This document shows, piece by piece, positions 18,684-29,933 of a DNA stretch of 64,000 bases. The notes below the pieces were generated by a model. The model saw nothing but the letters and a program-made list of their open reading frames with translations. It was not told the origin of the DNA and did no database searches. A program made the position numbers and the translations under genes. The stretch's first letter is position 1, and each line of letters opens with the position of its first letter. This stretch comes from a virus (lineage: Duplodnaviria > Heunggongvirae > Uroviricota > Caudoviricetes). Location of the stretch: the IMG/VR virus record IMGVR_UViG_3300023371_000071; one strand, 5' to 3'.

Positions 18684-19364
18684 TTAGTTTGCTGGTGGAG
18701 GTGGTGGAGGCGGGGGAGGATTACATCCACACTCCTCGGGTTTACTTCCATTCCAATCAGAGTTTTTTGGCCCTTCCTCAGGCTTTACTAAACCAAGCGC
18801 AGTTAAATAAGTTTGAGAAAGGCGAAGAGAAGCAGGACGAGACTGACGCCAAGATCTGAGTTCTTTAACAATGCTAGAAGAAGCTTGCATTAATTCAAGA
18901 TAACCAGCGCCCATTTGTGCCAATGTATATGTTGGCGCAAGAGTGTCTTGAATCAAACCAATGCGCTGGGCAATAGTCTGACTACGTTCATCTTCTGGAC
19001 CATTAGACAATTTAAAGTCTAAATAGTTACCAAATACAGAGCAATATTGATGAACAATCGCGCACCAGGCACTCATAAAATCATTCCAGGGAAGCTTATC
19101 CTCAGTAAGAATAAGAGTTGGAAATTCATGTTCAATACGAATGAACATGTCTAAAGTGTCCTGAGAAATTGTAAATGCACCATCGTCCTCTCCCGGTTCC
19201 CAAGCTGTGATGGCATCAATTTGCTCCAATACTCTAATCATAATTAATGAAAGTTGCGGCTGAATGGCTGTTAAAATACGACCAATAGGACCCAAAGTAT
19301 CAATTTCTTTCATCACATGATAGCGGGCCTCGCCATAAGAAAAATTACGAATTTCAGTTAACAT
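18684..19364 (-). CDS. Hypothetical protein with C-terminal Cys-Gly-Cys plus poly-proline tail (CGCNPPPPPPPPPAN)
   Basis: 226-aa ORF overlapping the rSAM-2 stop by 11 nt. The C-terminus is encoded by a G-rich tract at about 18690-18730. Confidence 0.45.
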   Translation of the reverse strand: MLTEIRNFSYGEARYHVMKEIDTLGPIGRILTAIQPQLSLIMIRVLEQIDAITAWEPGEDDGAFTISQDTLDMFIRIEHEFPTLILTEDKLPWNDFMSAWCAIVHQYCSVFGNYLDFKLSNGPEDERSQTIAQRIGLIQDTLAPTYTLAQMGAGYLELMQASSSIVKELRSWRQSRPASLRLSQTYLTALGLVKPEEGPKNSDWNGSKPEECGCNPPPPPPPPPAN

Positions 19365-20742
19365 TTAACTCCGTTACCTCCTCAAGATATTTGAATTGCA
19401 CTTTCTTTTCTTCAGACAAATCTCTCCAAACTACACTCCACACCCCATGTTCTTGTAGCCATTTCATTTCAGTATAAATCATAGCATGAGCTACTGCACA
19501 TACAGTAGGAATTGGAGTAATTAAATTACGAGTGCATTCATATTGAGCACCAAGACAGGTGCCAGTACATAATTCATTAATAGGACATTGCGCACAATGC
19601 GGCAAAGATGCTTTATGCATAGAATATGTTGAAATTAACAATTCCGGATTGATGCATTCAAATTTCAAAATTTCTTTTTCATCAGGCACCAATTTACCAT
19701 AATACATATCTTCATATCCTGTGCGGTGACATGGATACATCATTAAGTCACTTACACGTAATGTAAATTGGCTTTGAATACCGCAGGTAAGACCACGTCC
19801 ACAAGTTGTTAAAGGCTGACTAAACATATTAAAACCATTTGCTTTAACTAACCAGCCTGCCATAGCATATGGATCTTTATTAATTTTATTTTCCCATACC
19901 CAATCAAGAACAAATCTCATAAATTTACACAAAGACTGAACTTGATCATAATTCCATTCTTCATTGCGGACATGCAATAAATACAGGCTCTCCCATGGGA
20001 TATTGTGTTTTTCCATCATTTCTTGGAACCACAAGAAATTTTGAGGCCATGCATCAATATTTCTACTATATACCATTGGATGCAAGCCACCATGAATCAT
20101 ATGAGAAAATTGAAATGCACGATCATAGTACTCGTCATCTCGCACACCACCACCCAAATCCACATCTAGATCATGTAGATAAGGACGATTGTCTTCCATA
20201 TATTTTCCATCAAAACTCGCACTAAGACCTAGAGTAATACCTATACTTTCGAATTTAGCATGAAGTTCTTTTACTCTTGCAGTTGCTTCTTCAGAACACA
20301 CAAAAGTAAAATTAGTAGGAATTACAATTTCAATTGGACGATATAAAGGATCTAAATCCTTAAAATGTTCATAAATAGTTTCTAATACTTTATATCCAAC
20401 TTCTTGAGCTAATAATTCACCAGAGAAAATTTCAATGTTAGCGTTCCAATCATTATGAGTGTACCATTGTAAAATAGTTTTTAGATTTTCAATAGTACGC
20501 TCTTCGTTGAAACAATCTTCACTAAAAATCTTTTTGCGATGACGATGTAAATAACAATATCTACAACCTAAATTGCAACGCGGTGAAATAATTAACTCAA
20601 TATTTTTCATTTTCTGATCTCTTGGGGTATCAATAGAGAAATCATCATAAAAATATTTCTCAATTACCCAAGCGCCCAATTCATGATTTTCTTTTTGATA
20701 TTGAGACAAACCAGTATCATTTACATTGCAATGCTCGGCCAT
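19354..20742 (-). CDS. Radical SAM enzyme with C-terminal SPASM domain (rSAM-2)
   Basis: 'CNLGCRYCY' (CxxxCxxC). C-terminal 'CAQCPINELCTGTC' (Cx2Cx5Cx3C SPASM motif) with further Cys residues. GAGGAG ribosome-binding site. Confidence 0.8.
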   Translation of the reverse strand: MAEHCNVNDTGLSQYQKENHELGAWVIEKYFYDDFSIDTPRDQKMKNIELIISPRCNLGCRYCYLHRHRKKIFSEDCFNEERTIENLKTILQWYTHNDWNANIEIFSGELLAQEVGYKVLETIYEHFKDLDPLYRPIEIVIPTNFTFVCSEEATARVKELHAKFESIGITLGLSASFDGKYMEDNRPYLHDLDVDLGGGVRDDEYYDRAFQFSHMIHGGLHPMVYSRNIDAWPQNFLWFQEMMEKHNIPWESLYLLHVRNEEWNYDQVQSLCKFMRFVLDWVWENKINKDPYAMAGWLVKANGFNMFSQPLTTCGRGLTCGIQSQFTLRVSDLMMYPCHRTGYEDMYYGKLVPDEKEILKFECINPELLISTYSMHKASLPHCAQCPINELCTGTCLGAQYECTRNLITPIPTVCAVAHAMIYTEMKWLQEHGVWSVVWRDLSEEKKVQFKYLEEVTELNVN

Positions 20743-22133
20743 GGTTTCATCGCTCCTCTATTTACTAAAATTTTATAATATCGCATCATTTCTTCCACAG
20801 CACCATTGCCTAATAAACGCAAATAACTGCAAGGTACAATAGAAGGATTAGTTGTATAGTCTTCCTCAACGCCAATATGACAATATAATCCACAAGTCAT
20901 CATAAACATTAATAAACGATCATCTTCATTATATGCATATTTACTGTTGATTTGTCCAGCGCAAGCCATTGTTACAGCCATTTGATCAAAGAAATATTTT
21001 CTAGACATAATATCGGCATGGAAAGACATAGAACCATAAGTGCGTTTCATCCAAACCTTATCATTAGTATTCATATTACATCCACTTTGCATTGCATGCT
21101 TAGTCTTCATTTTTTCATCAAGAGCTGCATTACGACAGAGACGATTACAAGTATAAATATTTCCTTCATGATCAATAGTAATATTATTCTTACTAGCGGA
21201 ACAAGAATAAGAATTTTCTTGTGTCGCAATAGGATTGCCAGCTTCTGCTTGGAAAAATACTTCAGGTCCATTAAATAATTGACCAAAAAGAGGGCGACCA
21301 TCATAGCAAGGTTTATCTTGTACATTTACTCTCGGTAAAAAGCTAAGCCATTTTGCAAATGTCTCACCATCTTCTTGAGTATAATAGCCTGGGTCAACCA
21401 AAGTTGGGCAACCCGCAATTTGTAAACTAATATTTTTTTTACCTTCAATTAATTTATCGCATTCAACTTGTAAATCATTGAAGAATTTATAATACCAGTT
21501 AAATGAATCAATTCCTCTCTCATTCATAATTTTCATATAACTAACATCTAATGTAGCTTTAGTATTAATTACAAGAGAGAAATATTCCATATCTGCAGGA
21601 CAACGAGTTAAAATTTCTTTCATAGTTTTAATTGTGCTCGCAGTCGCTCCAGGATGACGAGAATCATCATTAAATTCAGGTGGACCATCTAAAGACATTT
21701 GAAGATTAAAAGTGATTTTACGTTTGTGGTGAGTTGCATAAACCATCATTGGCAAGAAAAAATCTTCATAAATGCGATCGCCCAAAAGAGCATTAGTAGA
21801 AAACATTACATCTTTAGCATTTGGATAATAGTCAAATAATGCTTCAAATGTTGCTCGCCAGTACTGACTATTAATTGTAGGTTCTGCGCCCCACAAACTT
21901 ACATTTTCAATAGCATCACGGATGCCTGCGGTGACACGTTTAACATTTTCTACAAAAGTTCCATCTTCAAGTGCTTGACGAATATCTCTATTATAAGAAG
22001 CCATGCACTTTTTTTCTTTTTCAATATAACAATATTTACATGCCATATTGCAATCTGATGACCAGTGTAGGCTGACGCTGGCTATATTAGCCAGCGCTTC
22101 GCCTAAATAATCAAGAGAAGGAATTTGTTTCAT
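20721..22133 (-). CDS. Radical SAM enzyme with SPASM/twitch-like Cys-rich C-terminus (rSAM-1)
   Basis: 'CNMACKYCY'. C-terminal 'CSASKNNITIDHEGNIYTC' (C-x13-GxxxxC) and 'CNRLC...CGLYCHIG...PC'. GAGAGGAG ribosome-binding site. Overlaps rSAM-2 by 22 nt. Confidence 0.8.
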   Translation of the reverse strand: MKQIPSLDYLGEALANIASVSLHWSSDCNMACKYCYIEKEKKCMASYNRDIRQALEDGTFVENVKRVTAGIRDAIENVSLWGAEPTINSQYWRATFEALFDYYPNAKDVMFSTNALLGDRIYEDFFLPMMVYATHHKRKITFNLQMSLDGPPEFNDDSRHPGATASTIKTMKEILTRCPADMEYFSLVINTKATLDVSYMKIMNERGIDSFNWYYKFFNDLQVECDKLIEGKKNISLQIAGCPTLVDPGYYTQEDGETFAKWLSFLPRVNVQDKPCYDGRPLFGQLFNGPEVFFQAEAGNPIATQENSYSCSASKNNITIDHEGNIYTCNRLCRNAALDEKMKTKHAMQSGCNMNTNDKVWMKRTYGSMSFHADIMSRKYFFDQMAVTMACAGQINSKYAYNEDDRLLMFMMTCGLYCHIGVEEDYTTNPSIVPCSYLRLLGNGAVEEMMRYYKILVNRGAMKPWPSIAM

Positions 22134-22154
22134 ATCTCCGTTTTCTCCTCTCGC

Positions 22155-23648
22155 TTAATTCGAGTAATTTCTTGAATAATAATTACTAGTATAATTACCA
22201 GTTTTATTGCCAGAATTATATGTAGAATAGTTACCAGACTTATAAGTGGTATGATAACCTGTCTTATAGCTAGTATAATCCGCGGTATCATAACTATGAT
22301 TGGTGCCATTATGAGAACTCTTGGCGCCACTGTCATTAGAAGAATAATAACTTCCATGATGGGAGGTATAATCCGCGCTATCATAGCTATAATTACTCGT
22401 TTTATAAGTTGTATAATGCGTTTTTGCGCTTGCATTATAACCACCATGATTACTTGTGTAATCTGCACTATCGTGAGAATATTTTCCACCATAGTGAGTA
22501 GTATAATTTGCGCCTTTTGCAGATGCATTATAAGTAGCAAAATTGCTGCCATTATATCCGGCATAATGAGTGTACTTTCCACTGTTATATCCAGTATAAT
22601 CTCCACCATTAGCAGATGCGTAATATGAGCCTTTGTGCGTAGCATAGTTTGTGCTATGATAGGCATAATTACCACCATTGTGGACGGAATAATGTGCATT
22701 TGCTGTTGTATAATATCCGCCAAAATTATTAGTATTATAAGAACTTAAGTGACCAACTTTTTCACTCTAATAATGTGTACTATTATGACCAGATTTATGT
22801 GTAATATAATATGTTTCATAATGAGCAGTATTTTGCCCAGTATAATGATTAACATAATAAGAAGTTTTTACTGTGGCATTATAATTAGTATAGTTTGCAG
22901 TATCATAAGTTACATAATGAGTAGTATAATATGTGGCATTATTTGAAGTATTGTAGCCTGCATAATGGCTATATTTTTGCGCACCATTATGTGTATCAAA
23001 TTCAGTACTAAATTGATTACCAAAATGATCTGGACAATGTGAAGTATTATAAATTTGATAGTGCGTAGTATAATAATTAGTATAATACGCTTTATGGTTA
23101 CTACTATAATCCGCAGACTTATGAAGACGATTGCCCGTATAATAAGTTCCATGGAACTAATAATGAGCACTCTTATACGTTACATAATTTGTTGTATTAT
23201 GTTCATAATTTCCACCAAAATAAGAATAATAATGAGTACCATTATGAGTAGTATAATAATCTGCATAATGATTCGTATAATAACTTGCATTATGACCATA
23301 TCGATGACTGTTAAAATACTCAGTATAATAAGAATTATGCCAAGCTGTCCAGTTATTAATATCATATCCGGTATAATAATTTACTAAATGCCCTGTATAA
23401 TAAGCATCATTATATCCAGATTTATGACCTGATTTATAAGATGAAAGATGCCCGTTATAATATGTACCTTTTTCACCATTGTGATGGGTAGCATAATGTC
23501 CACTATAATGTGAACTTAAATGTCCGCTCAAGTGCCCTGAATAATATGCAGGGCAATGAGCAGCTTCTTGGGCCTAAATTGCAGTTAATGGATTATTTAA
23601 GTCAGAAGGAATAATTTTATTTCCTTTGACTGCTGTTGAAGTCGCCAT
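22155..23648 (-). CDS. Tyr/Ser/Thr/Asn/His/Gly-rich low-complexity tandem-repeat protein 2 (about 497 aa), with 3 in-frame TAGs
   Basis: ATG at 23646-48 with AAAGGAGG 9 nt upstream. Frame-continuous through TAGs at 23574, 23157 and 22768 to a TAA at 22155. Sequence of the type '...GHLSSHYSGHYATHHNGEKGTYYNGHLSSYKSGH...' with no aliphatic residues. The antisense and off-frame ORFs in the ORF track are I/M/V-rich mirror images. Confidence 0.6.
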
Positions 23649-25060
23649 TGTGGATTATTCCTCCTTTTTATTAAGTTACAGTAACATTATGCGATTTATT
23701 ACCAGCACGATAAGCGGTATAATTAGAAGTATTATAAGTGCCATAATTAGCAGTATAATAACCTGTCTTATAATTACTATGGTTACCACTATTATAACCA
23801 CTCCAGTGAGAATTACGAGCAGCATTTTGACCACTATTATAAGAGCTATCATGTCCACTCTTATTACCTGAATAATGACCACTATTATATCCGCTCCAGT
23901 GAGAACGCTGTGCAGTTAAATTAGAGTTATTATATGTTGCATAGTTACCGCTTAAATGACTTGTATAATAACCACTATTATAACCACTCCAATGATTATT
24001 ATAAGTGGAATAATTTGAACCATTATGACTGGTGTAATGACCACTTAAATGTCCTGTATAATTACCATTATTTTCAGAGCTTCTATGAGAAGTATATACA
24101 GTCTTATTATGATTAGTGTAATGCGTAGCATAATAACCACTTAAATGCCCTGTATAATCACCTGCATTGTGAGATACATAATGAGCTCTATAACCAGTTT
24201 GATATCCCATATTATGACTAGAATATCGTCCTGTATAATGAGTAGTATAATTATTACTATTATAAGTTGAATAATGATTATTTTTTCCTGTGTATTGAGC
24301 AGTATAATTAGAGCTTAAATAGCCAGAATTGTATCCAGTATAATTAGCTGCATCACGACTAGTGTATTGAGTACCATTATGCCCTGAATAATGCGTTTTT
24401 TGTCCTGCTTTATTTGTACTATTATAGGTCGAATAATGAGTTGTATAATTAGTAGTTTTTGCTCCACTATTATAGGTGGAATAATGAGAGCTTCTGTGAG
24501 CATAATCATATGTTTCAAAATGACTATCATAAGCAACAGCACGGTGAGATTTTGCTCCAATATGATAAGTGGTATATTGAGTACCGTAATAGCCAGTATA
24601 ATGACTATTTTGATTAGTATAATGACTATAATAATAATTATTATAATTAGTACTCTTATAAGAACTATCATGTGAACTATAATAACCACTATAATATTCT
24701 GCATTATGACTTTCAAATTCTGCCGCTCTATGATAAAAATGACTTTTTTCAGTAGTATTGCGAGTTGTATAATGAGTTGCATAATAAGTAGCATTTCTAC
24801 CGCTGTAATGTGGAGCAAAATACGTATTATAATGAGCTTCACGATGAGCAGAATAATAAATACCACATGCTGCCCAGTTATCAAAATATTGCCAATTACT
24901 ATGATGAGATCCATAGAAATCGGAATTATGAGTTGTATAATAGCTACTATAATGACTACTCTTATAACTACTTTCTCTGCCGCTATAATATGTTGCATTA
25001 TATGAAGTATATTGTGTTGCATAAACCGTAGATTTATGCGCATTTAAATATCCTGCATTA
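22155..25060 (-). repeat. Degenerate coding tandem repeats (TAT/TAC-, AGT/TCT-, CAT-, AAT-rich) spanning both Tyr-rich genes
   Basis: About 2.9 kb of extreme low complexity. All three frames on both strands stay open except at TAG. Repeat unit roughly 5-8 codons of the form x-Y-x-[ST]-[GN]-H. Confidence 0.7.
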
Positions 25061-25287
25061 TAAGCGGCACAACCGTAATTGATAGAACCAGCTTGGCTAT
25101 CAATAACATCCGATAATTCTTTAGGCGAATTATAATTTAATTTAGAATTATAAACTGCAATAGGATCATGTTGCCAATTATATTTGGCTAAACCCAATTT
25201 ATCAGTTCTAAAATTATCAATTCGATTTCGAACTAATAAATAATCAGAATATGCAGTTTTCTAACCCGTTGAAACTGGTACCGCCAT
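23671..25287 (-). CDS. Tyr/Ser/Thr/Asn/His/Gly-rich low-complexity tandem-repeat protein 1 (about 538 aa), with 1 in-frame TAG
   Basis: ATG at 25285-87 with AAGGAGGG 6 nt upstream. TAG at 25261. Non-repetitive N-terminus of about 85 aa ('MAVPVSTGQKTAYSDYLLVRNRIDNFRTDKLGLAKYNWQHDP...'), then [S/G/T/N]-Y-x-[S/T/G]-H-type repeats. TAA stop. Confidence 0.65.
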
Positions 25288-25316
25288 TCGTTCGCCCTCC
25301 TTTATCTCTATAAAAT

Positions 25317-25345
25317 ATTATAACAAAAATTTTTATCTATGTCAA
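25317..25345 (-). promoter_or_regulatory. Consensus sigma70-type promoter (TTGACA-17-TATAAT) driving the Tyr-rich/rSAM operon
   Basis: On the minus strand: TTGACA (reverse complement of 25340-45), an exact 17-nt spacer, TATAAT (reverse complement of 25317-22). The ribosome-binding site and ATG of Tyr-rich gene 1 lie about 25 nt downstream. Confidence 0.55.
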
Positions 25346-25351
25346 AAAAAA

Positions 25352-25377
25352 ATATGGCCGCAATTAAGCGGCCATAT
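25352..25377 (-). terminator. Rho-independent terminator after the tail-fibre gene
   Basis: ATATGGCCGC-aattaa-GCGGCCATAT hairpin, followed on the minus strand by T9. Confidence 0.7.
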
Positions 25378-25567
25378 TTACTATAAAATTTTAACATAAA
25401 GTTAAAATATATATATTCACATTTACCGCAATCACCATGGGTTGCGTGATGTGGGATTTATCGGACAACATTCAAAATTTAATGTCTATGAAGTAATAGA
25501 TAAATACCACCAAATCTGTTAAACAGCAATTTTTCAATCAATTGGTGTGTATTTTATATAAAAATTA

Positions 25568-28500
25568 TTAACGAACTTTAATCCAGATTCGTCCATTTAC
25601 TTCAACATTACCAGTGCCCCAAGTCTCATAATTAGGGATTTCAGAAACAGTGCCAACAATACGATCAGGATACATCATAATTTCTTCTCTTGTCATTAAA
25701 CTAACAGTGCCATTCGGACCAGTACATACTGCTGCACCAAGAGGATAAGAATTTCTATCTTCATAAGTATATGCTAAAGCACGTCCAGCAACCGCCAAAG
25801 GAGTTTTACATTCGTTTGTTTCACCCATAGCAGAACCAAAAGTATCAGATACAATACTTGCCCCAGCCTACAGTCTCTCTGTTGAAATTTTCATTTCTCC
25901 AGAAATATCTTCTATTACCACTCGGCCTGGCTCAACTGTTTCTGCTTTTCTAAATTCAGCATAGTCATTCCAAACAGCATTATATACTTTAGTACCATAA
26001 ATAGCTCCAGCAACACCAAGACCACCAGATACTTTTAATGCACCAGAAGTAGTATTTGTTGCTGCGGTAGTATTTGTAATAGATACTACACCAGTAAATG
26101 TTTTAGTACCAGCAAAAGATTGTGTGCCGGTAGTTACAACGCCAGCTTGATTTGTTGCAGCATTAGGAACATATAATGTAGCAACGCCAGTGCCAGTAGC
26201 AATACTTAATCCACCAGTATAAGTCGGAGTATGATAATAGTTAGTGTTAGTATTTGGATTTGCTGGCATAGTTACCTTTAAGTCTACTCCAGCGACAGTA
26301 CCAATAGTACTTGTTTGTCCCCATGCTAAAGTAGGGCCGCTATTAGTTACCGCTTTCCAAGAAGGAGCGGCAGAAGAGCCACCACTTGTTAAAATCTAAC
26401 CCGCAGTTCCTGTACCCAAAGAAGCAAGAGCAGAAGAACTTGATGCATATACTAATCCATATGCTGTCCAAGATGTTTTTCCAGTACCGCCGTGACCGAC
26501 CCCTAAAGTGCCAGTAATACCAGGACGTGGGCTCGCCGCAAATACGTTAGCCGCGGTAGTAGAGCCAAGATTAACCAACATGGATGGATTTGAAGTAATT
26601 CCAGTACCACCATAAGCTACAGCAAGAGCATTGGTTAATTGTAAAGTAGGAATGGAGGTTGTACCATAAAATGTTACATCTTTATTATCCATTCCAATTC
26701 GCATTGCATTATTAAAAGTTGCTTCTGTGCTGGTGTTAGTTCCAGAACCAGAGGTTTGAAGCACAAAATAATTTGCATTAGATGATCCAGTTCCTAAAAC
26801 ACCCGCACGCCATTCTGCCCCATAATTGGTAGTTTGATGTTCCCAAATAATAAACTTATCAGTATCACCAGTTAAAATACGAATATCGTCATTAAAGGTT
26901 TTTGCACCAGCAAATGTTTGCGCGCCAGTGGTGACAACGCCTCCTTGCGTAGCATTTGCTGCATCAAGCGTAACAGTTCTATTTTTTCCTGCGACAGTAA
27001 TAGATAAAGTTTCACCATTAGCTCCTGCAGTAGAACTAAAGTTGCTAAATAGTGAGCTCGCATCACAAGATGTTATTATACCACCGTTTAAATAAACTGG
27101 TACACTTGCACTACCAGCTGTTCCAGTTAATGCTTTAATTTCACCACTAGACATATAGACAGGCTGAGTAGTTGAACCAAGAGTGGAGGATGATGCTGTT
27201 AATGTACCAGCATTTAAGAAGATTGGTTTTGCGCTTGCACCAACACTGGCGCCAGAAGCCTTAATTATACCATCTTCCATATAAATTGGTTTAGTCGCGC
27301 TACCAATATCTGAGGTAGACGCTGTGATTGTACCACTATTTAAAAATACTGGATTATTAGATGCACCAACAGTAGAGGACGATGCTGTTAATGTACCAGC
27401 ATTTAGATACATAGGAACAATACCAGATCCAACCGTAGAAGTGGATGCTGTTGCTGCACCATCTGCTGCGATATATACAGGCTTTACTCCAGAACCAATT
27501 GCAGTATCATTGGTATGAACTACAAACTGATATCCCGTAGTAGATGCTGCGACATTAGGTAAATTAAATACGTTACTATTCGCCGTACCAGAATCAATGC
27601 GAACGTCATAATCAGCAGTAGAAGCATTGGTCTTATGAAAGTCTAAATAACGACCAATTTCACTTACACCAGATCCATTAACAGTAACAAAACCATTGTT
27701 AAACCATGCGCCAGATTTTGGTAAAGTAATAGTAATAGTTTCATCCGCGCCCTTATTGGTATGACCATAAGTATCAACAGTAATCTGCGGAATGGCAAAA
27801 GAGGTTGCGGCTCCAGTTAATGTTGTAACAGTATTGCCGCTAGTATAACCACTACTTGGTCCCTTCTTAGCATGCTTTGCGTCATAGGTGACTCCGTTAG
27901 TTCCAGCAGTACCAGTTAAAACAACAATATCATCATCTGTTGCTGTTGCACTAATATTAATCTATACATTCTTTTTAGTGACAGTAATTTTACCATTGGT
28001 ATCTTGGCTAATAGTATCAATAAAAGCGGATGCATTACCTGATGTACCTGGGCTAGACACAGCAGTTTGAAGAACCTTGTAGCTACCTTCATCACCAAGC
28101 AATTCCCAGCGACTATTGTAACTATTCCAAACATATTCTTTTGTGCCATAAATAACCACATCGCCAGCTAAACGATCATCGGGCCAAGTATATCCAGAAA
28201 TTTTAGGATCAGTATTACTTTGATTTGTGATAGCTACGGTAGCAACACCGATATAATGCATTGCATTTGTTAAACCAAGATTAATACGTAGCTGCTCGGC
28301 AGTAATTGAACCTCCAAGAGAAACACTTGTGCCTGCAATATTAACTGAAGAATTAACTAATTTATTATTAGCAATTGATCCCGCTAACATAGCATTGGTA
28401 ACTTTACCAGTGCCAATAGTAGTAGTGATGTTCCAATCGGCACTTCCATTAGAAGAGCCTGTGCCACCTACGTCTCCACTTAAAGTAACTGCTCGTGATG

Positions 28501-29902
28501 CATTAAGTTTAGAAGCAGAAGTGGCATTACCACTGAATGTAGTTGCATATACAGTTCCTTGCGCATAAATATTCTTCCATCTAGCAGTATCTGTACCAAG
28601 ACTATATGTATTATGTGCAGAAGGATTAATATGTTGAGCAGTGGTAGTTCCACCAATTGTAGCACCACTCGCACCAATTTCTGCCTTTTTAGCAACAATA
28701 GTTTCACCAAATGTTGCACCACCAGTAACGGTTAATGCTTGTGTAGCATGATTACTACCAATAACTGCTGTTCCAGTACTTGTTAACTTTGCAGAAGCAG
28801 TAATATATGGAGCAGAAATAGTGCCTTCAGAACTAATATTTCCAACCGCTGCAATAGTAGAAGATGCACTTATAGCACCAGTAAAAGAAGATGTTTCAGT
28901 TACAGCAAGAGTGCTTTGTAATGTGGTTGCGCCAGTTGCTTTTAAAGTTCCATTAGCAACAATATTTTTTAAATTTGCAACGCCAGCTCCACTAACATAA
29001 TATGTTGTACCACCAAAATATAAAGAAGTGCCTGACGCTACAGTTGTTTTATTATTTAAAGCTACTGTATTAGTAAAAGTAGTAGCTCCATTGAAAGCCG
29101 CAGTTCCAGAGGCGGTCAAATTAGAAGCAATAGCTACAGGAACCGCTGCGATGTTTAATGTATTTGTTGTGTCAGAAAGAGTTTGATAAATAATAAATTG
29201 AGAGGCTTTATTATCAAAGATACCTCTTGTTACAGAAGTTGCTTTCATTTGCCATCCATGAGAACTGTTTTTCACATTAACATAAGCATCTCCACTAGAA
29301 GTGTTGATTGTTAATGGACCAGTCATCGTATCGCCATCAATATTCACATATAAATCATCTAAAGCAGCTTCACAGTTTGTTAAAAAATTATTAACTGTTA
29401 AAATCGGACTATTATTGTGATATAAATTGCTAGCATCACTTGTATATAAATACAACCCTCCAACTTGAGGATTTGTAGATTCTGCCAAACTTAAAATTGC
29501 CTTACCAGCGCTATCTTTAATAGCTTGCCCACTACTAAGAGTGACACCAGAAGACAGAACAGGGGAGGACTTAAAAGTCTTCACTCCATAAATTTCTTGA
29601 GCAACTAAGCTCAAAACACCAGAATGGTCTGATGAAGCATATGGCAATTCTCTAATTGCCTCTTGACCACCAACTTCTAATTTAATACAGCTGGCTTTTT
29701 CATCGTCGCCATCTGCTTTCACAAAAGTGATTACAGGCGCACCTGTTAATAAATCTGCGTACTAAGCATTTAACGGCACTCTCTCTGTGGCAGTATCAAT
29801 ATAAAACTTACCATTATCAGGAGTAAAATAAGCATAACCTTCAGTTATTTTTTGATTACCTAAGCTTGCCGCAGGACCTTTAAAAATCTTAAAAAGAGCC
29901 AA
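25568..29902 (-). CDS. Tail fibre / receptor-binding protein (about 1444 aa), with 4 in-frame TAGs
   Basis: ORFs 27962-29722, 26396-27412, 25868-26269 and 25568-25828 all share a frame and are joined by TAGs at 29762, 27962, 26396 and 25868. Putative TTG start at 29900 with GGGGAGGG upstream. Thr/Gly/Ala/Ser-rich beta-strand repeats. TAA stop. Confidence 0.6.
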
Positions 29903-29933
29903 TCTTCAGCCCTCCCCTGCTTATTTATTATTC

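Noticed and set aside
22130-25043. Many I/M/V/C-rich ORFs on both strands across the Tyr-rich region (for example 22130-22723 minus, 22251-22628 plus, 24315-25043 minus, 23055-23387 plus)
   Set aside because: - They are alternate-frame or antisense shadows of the TAT/TAC-rich coding frame.
- Only the Tyr-rich minus-strand frame has AAGGAGG ribosome-binding sites, ATG starts and sensible gene packing.
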